A stretch of 50,567 nt of DNA from Octopus bimaculoides (taxonomy: Eukaryota). Below, piece after piece: positions 49,879 to 50,567 of the stretch. Made by a program: the position numbers and the translations under genes. The notes below the pieces were generated by a model. The model ran no database searches. It saw only the letters and a list, made by a program, of their open reading frames with translations, and was not told the origin of the DNA. Position 1 is the first letter of the stretch; every line of letters starts with the position of its first letter. The DNA lies in contig NC_068982.1 of the NCBI RefSeq assembly GCF_001194135.2, forward strand, positions 67,974,162 through 68,024,728, in the 5' to 3' direction.

Positions 49879-50567
49879 TAACGATTAACTATGCTGTTGT
49901 TCGCCGATAGTGTTGTCTCTGAAACACGTTTCTCACCATATACACAGACGAGCGTGTGACGCATGTGTTTATTTTATTTGGAGATGAGAATAATATAAAG
50001 CTCGCGTGGGAATCACTGATCTAACGATTAATTGAATGTTTTTAGGCTTACCAAAGTCATGCCTTTGTACGAATTCAGACAGTGGCGTTTGCCAGTGTTC
50101 GCCTGTAATGCTGTCAGTGAAACACGTTTCTCACCATGTAAATAACGAGTGTATGTCGCATGTGATTATAGTGCTTGAAGATGTATGCAGGCTTGCAGCA
50201 TATCCTGTGCATACATTTTAGTAATGGTGATGTAGCACCCATCAACAGATGTGTAGTGTTCGCTATTAAATGGTGTTTTACTATAACCACCGAACATTCC
50301 ATTATAAGCACCAAGCATTCCACCGATAGAGCAGGTTACAGTAAGGTAACCACACTAATTTGTAACGGTGCTATTTTCTACGTGCAGAATAATATGGTAC
50401 CTTGACCCACAAACGTTGTGCTGTTGTTCTTGAAATACTAGGGTCGACTTTTATACGGGTCTATGGAAAATTCCCAATTTTGGGGCCAAAAATAGGCGGA
50501 TCGACTTTCACATGAGATCGACTATTATTCGAGTATATACGGTATGTATATATATCTATATATATAT

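Larger units (their letters stand above)
47639..50544 (-). mobile_element. Tc2/pogo-family DNA transposon, near complete
   Basis: 5' end TA|CCGTATATACTCGAATAATAGTCGA at 50544-50518 with three subterminal AGTCGA boxes; degraded opposite end ACGGATATGCTATTCTCGACCCT at about 47639; internal transposase pseudogene. Confidence 0.85.

Overview
This is repeat-saturated eukaryotic DNA with 8 N-gaps (about 3.4 kb, about 7%). The SINE families resemble those I recall from Octopus, so an octopus/coleoid origin is my inference. I found no confident host protein-coding gene; almost every long ORF in the track comes from N runs or microsatellites. The window is a layered transposon graveyard. Retroelements: a decayed L1/Tx1-type LINE (about 3.7-5.4 kb), a near full-length R4/Dong element next to an (AAT)n tract (19.4-22.85 kb), a 5'-truncated Penelope element (29-31 kb, minus) ending in a roughly 500-bp palindrome, and an RTE/BovB-like LINE (37.1-39.7 kb). 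DNA transposons: a near-complete Tc2/pogo element (47.6-50.5 kb, minus), hAT non-autonomous elements with clear TIRs and 8-bp TSDs, a Helitron 3' end and two mariner/Tc1 C-terminal remnants. There are also about 20 copies of four tRNA-derived SINE families (my labels A-D) and a tRNA-iMet pseudogene. The most unusual signals are (i) several hammerhead-ribozyme-like motifs, two arranged as head-to-head palindromes, all apparently degenerate; (ii) a SINE>hAT>Helitron nested stack; (iii) a gap-free, 72% identical 156-bp inverted pair around a promoter-like module that recurs 28 kb away; and (iv) a recent multi-segment inversion/duplication just upstream of the Dong element. All alignments and folds were done by eye.
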